From positions 1-64,000 of the forward strand of contig NW_013547019.1 of the NCBI RefSeq assembly GCF_000711695.1: a stretch of 64,000 bases of DNA, read 5' to 3'. The stretch comes from Tilletiaria anomala UBC 951 (lineage: Eukaryota). Under the pieces are notes generated by a model. The model did not search any database. It was not told the DNA's origin and was given only the letters and a program-made list of their open reading frames with translations. Position numbers and translations under genes: made by a program. Of this stretch, positions 1 through 11,837 are shown one piece after another; position 1 is the stretch's first letter, and every line of letters starts with the position of its first letter.

Positions 1-374
1 CGAAAAGACCTGGCAAAGCAGTTTCTGGAAAGGCTCCTAGCCCCTTCCGGAGCCTTGTTAAGATCCCGGGGGGAAAGGGTTGAAGAAGTTAACCTCGACT
101 CCGTGATTTCCAGCAGTGGCAGGAGGTCCACGTAGTTTCCGGGTCAAATCTAGCCCACAAACAAACCAATGCAGCAGTATTTCTTGCTGATATGTGGGGC
201 AAAATGCAAACAAACAAGCGACTCTGAAGTCATTCTTCGGCGTGGTATGAGGACTGCAAGGTCACCATGTGTATCATCAATATATGATGATGTATTGAAA
301 TTGACACTACTCGAACAAGGCATACATTGTAACGCTGGTCGGAAGAAGAGCTGCTCACAGACAAAGAGCCAATC

Positions 375-1227
375 ATGTCCCTCACCAGCAAACGCCAGGA
401 CTGCAGCTTCGAAAGCAATTGAACCCGCGGCAGCGAGTGGTCATACCTCTCCGCCGCCGCGAGCGCTGATAACCCTGGGTCTGCGATCGTCCTCGGGCAC
501 GTTCTCGGTGGAACCAAAGAGATGGGACTAGACAGCTATTCGGAGGTCTTCAGTCCGCAAGACTACCCGTGACGAGCTCGGCTGGGAGGACAAGGAGTCA
601 AAGTCATCATCGCCCAATGCCCTTTGACGCACGGCTTCGCCAGCACTGTCTGCACCAGCATTCTCCTCAGCTCTATGCAGCTTTTCCATGCACTAAAGAA
701 CATTTTCTTTGGAGCGGCGCATGGAGATTCCCAGGGCAAGTTCTACACGGTCCCACTAGCTGGCAAACCAGGCGAAGGCGCGTCTCTCGAGGATATCTAT
801 CGCAAGCGCAAGCGCAAGGCATGAATACAGGCTCCATTTCAATCATATCCCCGACTCGGTGCTTTCAGCGGCATGTCTGAAGGGTCCAAATACATACGAA
901 AGCTCCCCCCGCCTGCGACCGGACAACATCGATGAGCTCAATTTTGAAAACGCCATCACTGCGAGGTTCCTTCCGCGTTTGTTCCTGGACTACCCGGGGT
1001 ATCCTGCGCACTAATTCGATGCGCCCATCTTGGTCGCCGTCTGTGGCAAGGGTAGGTGCGCTCCAGCCTAGCAGTTGTTGCAGTACACCAATAAGGTGCG
1101 CAAGGGCGTGTGCAAGTATTACGTGGAGATGAGGCGCTTTTCTATCTACCAAGGCAGGGAATTTGAAATCTTTATGGCCGACTACCTCGAATTCCCTAAG
1201 GAACAGCTGTCGGCTCCAAAATTGTGA
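375..1227 (+). pseudogene. Degenerate alpha/beta-hydrolase pseudogene (AidA/Hydrolase_4-like)
   Basis: From ATG 375: MSLTSKRQDCSFESN*TRGSEWSYL...PGSAIVLGHVLGGTKEMGLDSYSEVF. Then GVKVIIAQCPLTHGFAS...VPLAGKPGEGA, then FENAITARFLPRLFLDYPGYPAH*FDAPILVAVCGKG...MRRFSIYQGREFEIFMADYLEFPKEQLSAPKL*. Motif order matches the family, but there are in-frame stops and frameshifts, and the FDYR/GxSxG segment is missing. Confidence 0.75.
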
Positions 1228-2065
1228 TTTGCCTGTGGTAGGCGCGATGGCTAAAACTGTCTTCTGCCGTGTTCGATTTCGCTACGCGTTCATCACGGCC
1301 CTGTAATTTCCCTTTGAAACGCACTTGAAGGTGCCTATTTACCATCCATTAGGCGTACCGTCCGGTTAGGCTCTTGCCTGCACATGTCGAACTGAAGAAA
1401 AGACGTGAGCGTCATTGCCCGAGCTGCGAGAGGGACTACGCATAACCGCATCCCCCAAGCCTCGGATTTGGACTCGCGTGTTTTTGTTGCTTGGGGGCTG
1501 ACTGTGACTCTACCCTCTCTCCAGCCTCTCCGGCTGTGGAGGACTGTGCAGTCAGCAGTGGAGAGCATCAAGGCTGAAAGTAAAAAATCCACATGTGCTT
1601 GAGGACGAGTGGATTGGTGCATTGATGTTCTCTCGGCGTTTGATGAGCAGCTTGGCTGACGGACTCCGACCTCGAATGAAGAAACATAGAGATTCCGCTC
1701 AGACTAACCCTGCACACGCGCAGCGCGCTCAGGGCGGACTAGGTGCTGCGCATTGCTGCCAGGTGCCCGTGAGCTGTGAGCTGCAACATTTACAACCATA
1801 AAATGCGACAATCTTGCACAGAGTACAGACACGTCCTCTCCCCCACTCACACCACCCAGTCGTTGCCTGTTCTTGCGTCAAAGCTGGACTGCTCGGAGAG
1901 CGGCGCATCGATCGCGTCGCAGGGCCAAAAGCGCGTCGCTTACCGGTGTCCTGCCACGCGCGAAGTGCCGGCTCGTTGCTGCTTGTCACGCTCCCAATTG
2001 AAGGCGAGTGATAGCAGCCACACCTGGTCACTCGACCCGGGCGACGTCCTTGGCCAGAATCCACC

Positions 2066-4619
2066 ATGTCCCTCGAATTTGGCAAGGAGATACCTGTAAG
2101 CCAAGCTTGATTCCTGGCTGGAAGCACGATACTAATGCAGCCACCCATACTCAAACCCGGTTGCATCAGGGCTCCTTCCAGGCACTTGCGTCCTTTGTTG
2201 CACTGCAGATCTCACTGTCGTCCGATCTCGCTGGCTTTCTAACCGAGCGGGCCGAGCTTGAGCGCGAATATGCAGGAAAGCTTTCGTTGCTGTGCAAAAA
2301 GGCAAAGGAGAAGCGCGACAAGCGGCTGCAGGAATACGTGGTCGGCGCAGAGCCGACGAAGGCCTGGACAAAAGAAACAGCCGACAGGAGGTGAGCGGCA
2401 AGCCTTGAAGAGCAACTGGTGACAGCGCAGTCGCTCATCGCTTCAACGTCCATTCACGCCTGTATCAATGCTTTGCTTTACTTCTCATCGCAGCACACTG
2501 CAAACCTTCGTAACCACTCTTTTGGGCAACCAAGAGGGCATGGCCAATGCACACAAATCGCTCGCCGATGCGCTCGAGAGCGTTGCATCAGATCTCAGCG
2601 CTGCTGAGCGCAAGCAGGAAGCGACGCGTAAGAAGGTGAGCGCGTGCAATATTTTTCCTTTACGTTCCTGCCAGCTCAATGCCTGACGGATCATGTTTCC
2701 TCCTTCCCTGGTTTCGCCCGGTCGCTCACAGCACGTCGCATTTTCATCCCGAGCAATAGCAGATCGAGAAAAGGTCTATTCAGACCGGCAGAAAAGCAAG
2801 GAAAAGTACTATGAGGCATGCCACGAAGTCGATGCCCAGCGACACAAGCGAGAGAAGGCAGATGCTGGCGACAAGCAAGCAGATAGAGCTGCAAAGGCAC
2901 AAGCTGTCGCAGAAGTAGACTTGAAGAATGCCAAGGTGAGAGACCTGCGCTGGCGAGCTCACTTTCTGAGCACGACTGACGGCTCCCGATTTGCTGTTAT
3001 CCAGAACACCTACCTGATTTCAATTTGTGTTGCAAACAAAGCCAAGGAGCTTTACTTCAAGCGGACAACAGTCGCGCTCCAGAATGTGAGTGGCACCATG
3101 AGTCAATACATGATATACTCCTGAGTGCTCATACACGCCGTCATGTCAGGATCTCCAATCTCTGTGGGGTCTCTCCATATCTCGACTGGCCTCCCGACTG
3201 CGCCGCGCAAACGAACATCTTCTCACTCACACAGATAGGCTTCGCCTTTCGGTAACTGAAGCGACAGATGCCTTTTCTAAAGTTTCAATCATCGACGACC
3301 AGCGCCTCTACGTTGAATACAACCGCCGGCGCTGCGAATTGCCTGCTGATTGGACATTAGAGCCATGTGTGGGCTTCTTTGACACGGGGGAGATGTCGAT
3401 CGAGGATGCGACGGCGAGGACGTTCCTCCAGAACCGGCTGCTGAAGGCAAGACAGAAAGCGAGGGATGTCAGGCCGATGATGGAGAGTCGGAGAAAAGAG
3501 GTGCAGGGCCTGCAGAACCTTAGGGATGCATATGCGAAGCAGGAAGGGCTGGGTGACCCGGACGAGGTCATGGACGTGCGTCTTGGTGTGCAGATCTGTA
3601 GCGCTCAAATCGTTCGTTCATGCCAACTGATCCCCCTCTTTGAGTACAGAATCTCCTAGAAAGCTCGCGAGAGCTGCTGGTGCTCGAAACGAGCGAAGGG
3701 TGTCTACAGGCCGAGGAGGACATCATCATTGCCAGCATAGGCGCTGACCATGTTGAAGCCAGACCTCATCGATTCAAGCCGGCTTCTTTCACAATACCGA
3801 CCAGCTGCGACTTTTGCAGTGGAACCATCTGGGGCATTGCCAAGCAGGGCTTGGTCTGCAAGCCTTGTGGCTTCACGGTTCATGCTAAGTGCGAGCTCAA
3901 AGTACGTTCGGGGGAGAATGCTTGCTCGTTATTTCTGGGACAATGAGCTTACGTGATTACGGTGGATATGGCAGGTCCCTGCTGATTGTGGAAGCAGCAG
4001 CAATAGTACCCATGCTACCCGAAACGGCCTGGCACCGCCTACTCGTGCCACTGCATCAGCCACGCATCTGATCCGCGTGCCTGGCAGCGTCGACTCGACG
4101 AGTGTGGGCGCTAGCGCAGGTACGAGCATCAGCGATACTTCCCGAGGTCGTCTGCTCTACAGCTTTGAAGCGACGAGCCCGTTCGAGCTGACAGTCACCG
4201 AGGGCGAGCTCGTGCGCCTGGTCGAGGAGGATCTCGAGGGCACTGGCTGGATCAAAGTCGCCACTGACGATGACAGGCAGGGCCTGGTGCCGACATCTTA
4301 CTGTGAATTTGTAGGGTCAAGGGCTGTGAAGGCCAATCCGACCCTCCACAACGATGAGCAATTGCAGTCGAGTCTCGGTGGCATGGCGTTCTCACCAGCG
4401 CAAGACACGCAGACTTTTGGCGCAAAGTATGTGCGTGCGCTGTACGATTTTGAAGCGTCCGATCCACAGGAGATGTCGTTGAAGGAAGGGGAGGTAATCC
4501 AGTTAAGCGACGTAGGCATGGACTTTGGCGAGGGTTGGGCGGAGGGCGTCAGAATGGAAGCTCACCACGGCCACGGTGGCGTGGGTATCTTTCCGGTTAA
4601 TTATGTTGAAGCCGCGTAG
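2066..4619 (+). CDS. BZZ1: Bzz1-like F-BAR, C1 and tandem SH3 endocytic protein (multi-exon)
   Basis: ATG 2066, first intron 2096-2169. F-BAR helices (ERAELEREYAGKL), C1 zinc finger (HRFKPASFTIPTSCDFC...CKPCGFTVHAKC), two SH3 domains (LLYSFEA...GWIKV...GLVPTSY; ALYDFEA...GIFPVNYV). Confidence 0.93.
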
Positions 4620-7600
4620 GTAGCGCAGCCACCTTCCGATCACCGCTGTAAATCAAATTAGGTCCATACCTTGAAGCCAAGTCAAGCTTTTCGCTGTTGG
4701 TACAAGGCGAATGGACAATCAACCTCACCGAACCGCAAACTTTGCCGACCTTGCACGGTGTTGCGCATGACAAAAGGTGGGAACCGTGAGAAGCATGTTC
4801 GCAGTAATGGACCCAGATGATGGTACGCTTGCCTCCTAAGACCAGTCGCCAAAACCGTGAACCTCTGGGTAGAAAATGAGATGCGTTGCCCTTGTGATGA
4901 AAAGGAGTGACAAGGAGTGATTTCATTTGCTTATCAAGCATCAAGTTCTGAGCTGCACGCATTCAACATTTGGTACCAACAATAGCAGACACCATACAGC
5001 GGCACGCATACGTAGACAAGGACATGATAGCCCATCGCACCCTTAACTCCGATATTGCTCATCGGCGCATCTGAGCTTGACATGTACATTCGTTCTATTT
5101 CTCTTCTCATCCCCATGTATCACAAGGTACCCAAATAGGGTTCCGTTCCATGATGACTCCATTTGAGCCCTGGCCATTGTCCGTCATCGGCATTCGGCCT
5201 GTGCCGGGGGATGCCGAGGGCGCAATAATTTCACAACGGCGTGACGCGTGCGCCGCCCATAGCCAAGTGACTGCACTAGCATTTATTCAGCCCGCCACGG
5301 TGTCGCGGAGCCTGCATTCTTTATTTTTGGCCAAACCTTCTTGAAAAAATAATAACCTTCGGAAACAGTGAAAAGCGCGAGGCAATTGACAGACAATTCT
5401 CGTCGGATCGCAAACGCCATCCTGTGAACTGGTTCGGCAGCCGCTTGAGGCTCGACATCCGTGAACATGGCAATTGTGCCTACTAACCTTGTGATGAGGT
5501 AATCGAGTTGCGCTTGCACCGGCCATTTTATGATAAATCTCTCAGCACACGGTGATGACAAGATGAGCGCTCTGAGCTGCACCCGGCCCTGGTCGATCCT
5601 TCTTGCTCTGCCGTACCACGATATTTTGATGGCTAGTGTGATGCCTCTCATTTGTTCAGCAGATCCGAGATGTTGGAGTCATTTTTGAGAAAATCATTGA
5701 AGGTAACCTCGAAGTCACTCTCATTGTGGGTCTCATTCTAGATTGGAAAGTGTGTCTATGATGCAGTCACCAGCGGTGCTCCAGACGGGCCTACTTTTGG
5801 TCTGATGGTGATGCTTTTGTTGATATGACTTTTTTAAGTCAAACCAGTTTAGGAATATTAAACTTATTGTGGGATAGTTTTGAGGCGTTCGATACCGGGA
5901 CACTGTACTGTTACTCGACAAATAGGGATGGGTTGGCCCGTTTACAGTTTGCATCTCATCAATATTGAAAAGGGAATAAGAGTAAGTGCCCATCAAAAAC
6001 CGCATTCAACAGTTCGCAATTTCCACAATGAGATAGTGAGAAGGGTGTCATTGCTGCGGTGCTCCTTTCTGGCTTCAATAATAAAAGAGAACTCGTGGCT
6101 CGTTGTCACATCACCTAATCTCTTGGTCAACGAGCAATAATCAACATGAACTGCATCTCTCAATGAGCAGGGAGAACCGAGGCATGGATTGTAATGCACG
6201 AGTTTTGTATTCGTAATAGAAATAAGAGAGCAGAATTAGGATGCTGGAATCTAGATTCAAACTTTTCGCTGTGCCTGAACTGCAAGATTGCAAACTTTTT
6301 CTTGCAGTAGCGTGGTGAGTGGTAGGTTAGCGTGTTGCTAGCGGAATTTTGCCTACTGCCCTCAACGAGTGAGCTTTCAGCATTTTCAAGGATATAATAT
6401 TAGAATTGTGATACTTTCATGCACGCTCCAACAAATTACTCGGGTTTTGCATTGCGCCGGGGCCGCCCGCGGTCGCCAAGCTGAACTGCACATGTATGTG
6501 ATCTACTCATAAGTTTGTCAGCCAGACAAATTGGGATAACGTTTTCACTTGCAGCACAGCAGACAGCAACCACATTGAGCAAGGAACAGAAGCGCAACAA
6601 CAATACGATTGGGGATTCCTAATGAACCCACGGGGTGCGCAGTGTATGTATATATTTACGTATATAACAAAGGTTGGTAGTACATACCGTAACACATGCA
6701 CGAATACGTATGTGATCGTCCAAGGTCTAAGTTGGTCCTCGAACTATGTACGTAGGCAAAGAAATATAACGACCAAAAGGAAAAAAAAGAACCCATCAAT
6801 CACTCCATATTTTTCCTGCTTGTTTCTAGCGATTACAACATGTTCAGGCAATGGGCAGCCTGGCGACTGGTGAGGCACCGACTGGCATTGAGAAAACAGA
6901 TAAATAATGGTATTATATGTATGTGGCTGTTGAGCATTTCAACTGCGATTGATTCGAAACCGCATTTACAAACGGAGTGTGCTTCTAGCAATTTACAGAA
7001 AGCAGCCTCCTGCAGCGGCTGCTGTCCCCTGAATGCATACATTCTTATTTACTGATGTGACTTTTGCGTCCTGCGGCCTACGGCATCCTGCTGCGTCCCG
7101 GTGCCAACATGACAACACGTGTGGAGGTGTGCAGGGAATCAAAAGATGCATGCATACATATATATATCTTCGGACATATTTAACTACACAATTCTCTACT
7201 TGACAGGACCCTGCTTGGCTTCGTCTTTGATTGATTCGGGCAGTTGATACTCCAAAAGCCAACTACAAAATACATTATTTAGTCAAATACTTTAGCCAAG
7301 CAAAGGCCCGGCGTGTCGGTATTACGACTGTAAAGTGCATATGGACGATGTTTGTACACACACTTTTATACATGAAGAGGCTCAGCGCGCCTGAGACTTG
7401 TAGGGAGTCACGGGCGTACATTCGCCTTGCGCCGTTCCGCGCTGCCTCTCGCATGAGGTCGTAAATCCAGCCATACTACCATAAGGCATGTGTTTAGGCG
7501 AACTGGCGAGCCCAGCCTATACACATGGTCTCAGAAATCGTTTTGCGCATGGACCTTGTGAGCTGCCCTTCGCCCGAACGTCTGAGTATGGTGAAACTGA

Positions 7601-8415
7601 ATGCTGGATTACTGGAAGCATTGCACAGTTGCGCTTGGAGCCTCGAATGTGGCGTTGATGGCCTGTTGACGATTGACCGCTTGGCACTCTCACACGACAG
7701 TATGACATAAAACAACACCGTTACGTACAGAAAAGCAAGAAGCTACGTCAATGTGAGCAGCCCAAACGCGCGAAAACGCCGACGGGGAAAAGAAAGAATC
7801 TGTACTGCGCCCCTCTGCGTTTGTGTTCAAAAGCTACCCTGACAGCTGGCGCAGCTGCTATTGAGCGGGTGGCTGCTTCTCCACGACACTGCCCTCTAGT
7901 GCCATCTGCGGCCGCCTGCGCTCTCTTTTTCGAGACCTCTGTTCTGATGAAACAAACTATCTGGATGGCCCGTCCAGCCTCCACCCCCACTCTCAAGAGT
8001 CCAGGCGTCCGGCAAACTGCGCGCTCTCTCTATACCATTTCTCCCTTCCCAACTCTCCTTACCCGATATCATCTCACCACCATCACCATCAACATCGCCT
8101 TCACCGCATCGGCCATCTGCGCGCGAATATCCGACAGCTGGCAACACGGATAGCGTCCAGCATACATTCTTCTTGAAACGCATACAGACACCGTCAGCGT
8201 GCTCTCTTGGGCGGTGGACGACGCCGGACCAAAGGTCAGACGGAACACAATAGCGCCTGGTCAACGAAGGAACCCTCCTACTCTTGCTCTTCACGAGTAA
8301 GCTGGGCCTCACACGTTAATTCTCTTCAAGCTTTTGTTATCAGCACGAGGACCCCTTGCGTTGTGCTTCTGTGGAAATCCTGTCTGATCGAACGCGTACA
8401 GGCATCTTCTGACGG

Positions 8416-11400
8416 ATGGCAAAGGGCCAGCAGCGCGGCCGCAAGAAGGACAGCCGGCAGCCGCATCCCCGATACCAAATCACCCCAAGGGAGGCAACAA
8501 GACACGCTATCTTAACGGCCGCATCTGGTGAAACACTAACAGAACAAATGGCGGCCGCATCTGTTGAAACACTGACGGAACAAATGGCGGCCGAGGATAA
8601 TCCGGAGAGCCCCCGCTTGCCGCCGCTTGCTTTGCACCATCCTGACATGGACATCAAGAGCAACAGCAGCAGCAGCAGCAACAGTGGAGTTACATCTAGC
8701 AGTGTGCAGGCCGGCAGGGGACGCGGACGCGGTCGTGGACGCGGTCGAGGGAGTAGTACAGCTACACATCTCCATCAACAACATACGCGGCACTCACTCT
8801 CCCACCACTCTTCCGGCAATAGTGCCGCATCCGCAAGCGCAACGCGTCGCGGCAGCCTGTATGAGGAGGAGCGCGATGAGTTGGAGGAAGAAGATGGACG
8901 GGAAGAAGCAGAGGTGGACAAGTCCTTCACGCCGGAGGAGCGAGAGGCGGCCCAATCCATGAGCAAGATGAGCGCCGGCGCTGCTCGTCTCGCACATGAG
9001 AGTACGCAAGTAAATCAAGATCAAGCCACAGAGCCTCGCAGCCTCCCTGGTGCAGCTGCTCAGTTACCTGAGGTGGCTTCTGATTCGATCGTGGACGAAG
9101 GTGCATCCTCACCCGAGAAAGGTGGTGGCTCGAGAAGCCGCCGCGAAGGGTCAGGCCCGCCAGCTTCAGGTGCGAGCGCCGCAGCACTGCGGCTCTACAC
9201 AAACAGCCCACATATCTCGAATGACAAGCTGGCCGCTGAAGCCCCACCACCTGTACTACCATCAAAGAGGGGACGTGGACGGGCGGCCAATCGTTCTTCT
9301 GCAGCTGCAGCCGTCAAAGCAGATGCTGGGCACAAGAACAGTCCTCCTCGCGCAGCAGCCATTAGTGTACCTGCCGCAGCAGACGACAGCAACGTCAGCA
9401 GAATATCTTCGCAGCAGCAGCATTCTCACTCGGAGCACTTGCGCCCGGAAGAGACGCAAATACAGCGTTCTCGTTCGGCTGATATAGACGACGCAGCGCC
9501 ACTCATGTCCTCGATCTCTCGCAGCGACTCAAAGGCGCAAGTTTCTCCTTCTGAAGGAGCATCAGAGGGCAACGGGCATGATGCAGCGGAGAAGCATGAA
9601 GGGGAAGGAAAAGGAGCTGGAGCAGCAGCATCGAGTGGAGCTGACCAGAAGAAGCGGGCAGCGGCAAAGATGGTCTTGCAGCCGATTCCGCCTTTTCGTG
9701 GGAAAAGGTCCGATGCTGGAGCGGGTGCAGCAGGGCTGATTAGTGCGCGCGAGCCGATTGGGACTTCGCCAATAGGGCTCAGCAGCACGCCGCTGCCTCC
9801 TGGCGTACCCAAGCCACCCGCGGGCACTGGCGATCTGAGCATTGAAGAGGGTGCGTTTGGACTGATGTGCTTTCTTGGAAAGTTTTGGATACATGCTAAC
9901 GCGGTTTGTTTTGAACGCTGTTTACATTGCAGTCGAGAAATTCTTACAGCTCGTTGAGCAGCATAATCCACCTTCAACTGATGAAAACGTCATGGCAGAG
10001 AGTGTTAATGCGTTGTATCAGGACTGGCTCATCTGGTGCAGCAAGACCAAACGAAAGTCTAAGCCAAAGAGCGCGCTGATATCCGAGTTTGTCACGATCC
10101 ACAGCGGGTTTTATGGCTCGTACTGGCAGAGCAAAGCGATTTCCATTGCGGGCACGCCCAATCTGAAGCCAGTCGGTCTACCGCCCATGGGCGGGAGTGG
10201 ACCTGCACGAACGGGTGCTGGCGCTGGTATGGGTGCCGGTAGCGCCATGTACCCTCATGCGCCGCCACAAGGTACATCACTGCCCCCGCCTACGCGCCAT
10301 CTGCCGTCCGGCCAGCCGCAACCGACAGGGACCCGCTTGCCTCCACCGATTCACACGCAGAGTATGCCTGTCGGAATGGGCCAGTCATGCATCAGTGCCC
10401 ATGCTTCGCGAGCGCCGCACAAGTCGGCTCTTCCACGTGGTCGCTCACCAATGACGTCTGCCTCGGCATTCCCGCCAACGTCGAGTCTCAGCGGCGCTGG
10501 TAGTGGCAGCTCTTTGCTCGGCTATGGACGCTCACCGGCTGCCGATACGAGAGCGGGTCAACGAAACGCTTCACAACCGGATGCGATTAAGCAGAGCCCG
10601 CGCACGTCCGCCGCTGCTGCTGCTGCTGCGCGTCCTGCTAGTTCCACTGGTAACTCGTCTACTCACACGGTCTCAGGGAGTATCACCAAAACAGACTCGT
10701 CCATGCCTGGCGGTGTCCCGGGAGATGGCCCAGCCGCAGCCGATATCAGCAGTGGCAGCGTACTACCTCCACTAACTTCCGTGCACAAACCACATGCTGT
10801 TCCACAAACGCCCGCTCAACCGCCCTCGCACTGGTTGCGCTCGTACTCTGGCTCAGAGTCTGGACATGCTGCTGGCGGTCCACAAGCATGCGGATCTTTA
10901 CCTCTGACAACGACCGTGCCGCCCGAGTTGCTTGAACAACTCAAGCAGCAGATTAAGGCAGAAGTGCGTGCAGATCTGAACGCGATCATCGATGCAGAAG
11001 GTACGTGATTCTTTCATATTCAAAAGGAAGATTGATATGCTATGGAGTTCTAGCTAATGTTTTTTTCGTCTTTATTTGCGCATGTAGTTGCCGAGCAAAC
11101 GCGTGAGGTGCACCAAAAGAACAAAAACCTGTTCAACAGAGTGCGAGAGCTGGAAGAATGGGTGCAGCACTTGATTAGAGATTACGAGGAGCGATCCGGC
11201 ATCCATCCCAACGTGCGCGCGCCTTCTGGATTAGGAAACTCACCCAGTCGTACTGGGACGGCAGGCTCGCGCGGGAACGATGGAAGGCGTGCCGGAGACA
11301 AAATTTCTCCGTCATACCCGCACGATGGACCCTACCGAGCGCCGCCGCGAGACACTCCGGTCGACGACCGGGCCACACCTTGGACAGAGCCTGGGTCCTA

Positions 11401-11716
11401 TCATCCCCGCAATGGCACATCTGTAGACGCGGCAGGGGCGCCGAGCCCGGTCCAGCGCGCCTCCTCACTCTACGTCACGTCGGAGCGTGCGCAAGAAATG
11501 GTCCGTGGCGAGACCGACCCTTACGCGGATAGGCGCTTTGGCAAGTCTACACTGGGAGGAGGGTATGGCGGGACGTACGGCCCAACGCCACTTTACCCGC
11601 CGTACGGTTCGCGCTCGGATTACCACGTCGACTCGCATGAATCTTACAGGCCAGCGACGCTTCGCGTCCGGGATGAAGAACCTCCTTCCAGCAAGCGGCA
11701 GAGATACGAATATTGA
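8416..11716 (+). CDS. Large low-complexity protein of unknown function (3 exons, about 1050 aa)
   Basis: ORFs 8416-9957, 9875-11008 and 11057-11716 join in frame via GT-AG introns at about 9851-9932 and 11001-11087. Contains an RG repeat, a small globular segment and a short coiled coil (EVHQKNKNLFNRVRELEEWV). Start codon uncertain. Confidence 0.7.
8516..8593 (+). repeat. 36-bp in-frame tandem duplication (about 2.2 copies)
   Basis: cggccgcatctggtgaaacactaacagaacaaatgg followed by cggccgcatctgttgaaacactgacggaacaaatgg (3 mismatches), encoding AASxETLTEQMA twice. Confidence 0.9.
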
Positions 11717-11837
11717 TTGTTACTGCATTTTGCAATCATCTCACTAATACAAGCAAGCAACGTACCCTTGCTTCCCTTTAGTCTCTCGCACACCCTTTGA
11801 TGTAAAGCATTGTCTAATGTTTCAATACATGCAGACC

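Noticed and set aside
1..135. Open + strand frame from the window start (RKDLAKQFLERLL...*) as the 3' end of an upstream gene
   Set aside because: Only 44 codons and no recognisable motif.
4894..4951. GTGATGA...CTGA resembling a box C/D snoRNA
   Set aside because: Only about 58 nt, no convincing terminal stem and no rRNA-complementary guide that I could identify. snoscan or an Rfam search would decide.
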